A stretch of DNA of 64,000 nt from Eledone cirrhosa (lineage: Eukaryota): NCBI GenBank assembly GCA_964016885.1, contig OZ024740.1, positions 224,874,001 to 224,938,000 on the forward strand. Reading direction: 5' to 3'. Below, in pieces: positions 61,656-64,000 of the stretch. The translations under genes and the position numbers were made by a program. The notes under the pieces were generated by a model. The model saw nothing but the letters and a program-made list of their open reading frames with translations, was not told the DNA's origin and searched no databases. How positions within the stretch are numbered: the stretch's first letter is position 1; the number at the start of each line of letters is the position of its first letter.

Positions 61656-61963
61656 GGCCTAGTGGTTAGAGCATTAGCCTTGCAATCGCAGACTGGGTAA
61701 TGTGTTGTTTTCTTGAGCAAGACACTTTATTTCACATTGCTCCAGTTTACTCAGCTGTAGAAATGAGATGATAGGGATGGGGTCCATATCATTCCACTGC
61801 AAAGTGGTCGTGGAGGTGCCACGGCAAAAAAGCACGCAGCACTCACTGTAAATGAGGTTGGTGTTAGGAAGGGCATCCAGCTGTAGAAATCAAGCCAGAA
61901 TCAGTTACCGTCCCACCCTTGCAAACAGGGAAAAGCGGACGTAAAAATGATGATGATGATGAT
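61654..61963 (+). mobile_element. Chimeric SINE: tRNA-like head plus bipartite RTE-type tail
   Basis: A box 'tggcctagtggttagagc', 'cttgagcaagacacttta', body shared with 1555-1668, tail shared with 58480-58551. Confidence 0.85.
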
Positions 61964-62156
61964 ATATATAGATATATATGGTTTAGTTTATTTTTGTTTC
62001 AGTAGTCTTCTTTAGTGAATACTGAAACTTATGACAATTAATATGTAATAACAATGGGTGGTGGATTGGCAGGTTCATTAGAGCATATATATGAGAAATG
62101 GTGTGCTGTGTTGTTGTGAATGGGATACATAGGAATAAAATTAGTCCTTCATCAGT

Positions 62157-62165
62157 ATAAATATA

Positions 62166-62196
<31 letters not shown>

Positions 62197-62234
62197 TACA
62201 TATATATATATATATTACATATATATATATATAT

Positions 62235-62318
<84 letters not shown>

Positions 62319-62347
62319 TATAAATATATAAATATATATATATATAA
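62157..62347. repeat. Long (TA)n microsatellite
   Basis: Direct reading. Confidence 0.95.
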
Positions 62348-62531
62348 ATTACACAATAATCAAAACTATGTTCAAATCATTTTATTTCTCACAATCGTTT
62401 CTTCCAAACTTTCGTTTGGAATCCTAGGAGCAATAGCAAAGTTTGGACATATAATTAATTTCCTATTCAACTGAACAATCATATAGATACATAGATATTA
62501 ATGTTGTCATCAACAGTTTCGTATTTACAGG

Positions 62532-62640
62532 GTGGAATGGATGTGACAGAGATTACAAGAGAATTGTATAATAATTAAAGAGGCACAAGAGTGGAATGCA
62601 TGTGACAGAGATTACAAGAGAATAGTATAATAATTAAAGC
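62532..62640 (+). repeat. Tandem duplication, 2 x ~59 bp
   Basis: 'gtggaatg.atgtgacagagattacaagagaat.gtataataattaaag' occurs twice in succession. Confidence 0.9.
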
Positions 62641-64000
62641 AGTATAGAGAGTGCAAATGCATTAGGCATATACAGGACAGTTAGGTAGGAAACAAGCAAT
62701 GGTACTAGACATATTAATTACTGCATGGCAAAGGGATCACATAAAATAACATAGGTTTACAAGCATATCAAGCAGGCAAAGATGTTTGTGTATTAAAATT
62801 ATGAGTTTATGGTGAATGTATTGTGATAATTGTTTCTGTAATTTTCAAATGTGCATGTGTTGAGAGTATTATTATTATTGTTATCTTTTCCATTACATTG
62901 GTTATATTTTATTTTAGTGAATATTTATAATAAGATACAGCTATGGATTGTATATATATATATATTAATTGTATCATATCAGTTATTAAGATAGATCTAG
63001 ATTGTCAAATAGATCTAGATTGAGTAGAATGAGAGACAGAATACCTTGCAGTACTAAGTAAGTTACATCCCTTTATATTTAGAGCTAAAATGTACCTTTC
63101 ATCTTGTGGAACCTATACAGTAAAAATAATCATGTTATATTGACTATAAGATCTAAATACGTTTGAGAAATAAAAGAAAAATACATTGTGGTATTTGAAT
63201 TGAGCAAATGCATAAGAGAATAATGCATAATTGAATTGAGTAAATGCATAAGTGCAAATACATAATGAGTAAATAGCAATAAGTGCATATTAATAAATAG
63301 ATAATAATGAATAAAAGTAAGATAATAATCAAGTAATAGGATCAATTTTATTAACAACAGCTTCTGAAAACAACAATGATTATGATGATAATGACAATAA
63401 TATTAATATTGATAAAATAATGATAATCGAAGATCTAGAGATAGAAATAACCCAAATGCAGATGAGGAAAACAGGAACAATCACTAGATAATAGGTACTC
63501 TGGCAATGATAAGAAAAAACACACAGAAAGGCACTTAATCAAAATCACAGACTTACAAATATATACCGCATACAGAAAATAGCACTACTAGGCACTGCAC
63601 ACATATTACAATTGTATTTATTACTCTTAAATACAATAGAAACAACAACACCAAAATCAACACTGCACATACTTAAGGCACACAGGGCTGTGCTCAGTAA
63701 GGCAGTGACGACACACAGCAATAATAATAATAATAATAATAATTTGAGGCTTTGAGCCTTAGTTGGTAATCTTTATTAAGATGGATCACTATTCAAACCA
63801 TTCTATCTAATATGGAGCTAACTTGGTTTGCACTGTAATAATTCCAGGGTTTTGAACAATTCTAATGCATTAAGAAACCATAACAATGACCTGATGGGAC
63901 CCCATGTTGATGGACTAATTAAACATGCTACAAAGGTGCTGGTATTTTAATGATTTAAGATAACACAAGGCCAGTCGTGCTGGCATAAATTGAGTGGCAG

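Overview
AT-rich, microsatellite-dense eukaryotic DNA with no host protein-coding gene that I can support. The repeat content (RTE and CR1-type LINE relics, tRNA-headed SINEs, SINEs with a 'GCCTTTCATCC..GGGGTCGATAAAATAAAGTACCAG' core, long (TA)n/(CA)n tracts) looks like an octopus/coleoid intron or intergenic region; this taxon call is an inference from recalled repeat families. Main contents: a near-full-length RTE LINE (40803-44150, +) with two inverted relatives (20455-22613, 49659-50335); a second RTE family in three pieces, one with a clean 5' inversion (1800-3654); CR1-like and other LINE fragments; a non-autonomous Helitron; a hAT relic; many SINEs; a 28S rRNA 5' fragment fused in sense to a CR1-like RT fragment; and five long fold-back palindromes. 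Most notable: (1) three sequence-unrelated palindromes embedded in (TA)n all carry the 3' half of a type I hammerhead ribozyme (GAAA-helix III-GUH), resembling Penelope-like element termini; (2) two diverged RTE copies share an Asp->Gly change at the RT motif A catalytic residue; (3) a 28S-LINE chimera; (4) (TA)n tracts acting as landing pads for several element classes; (5) modular SINEs whose tails match LINE families present in the same window. Boundaries were read by eye and are approximate.
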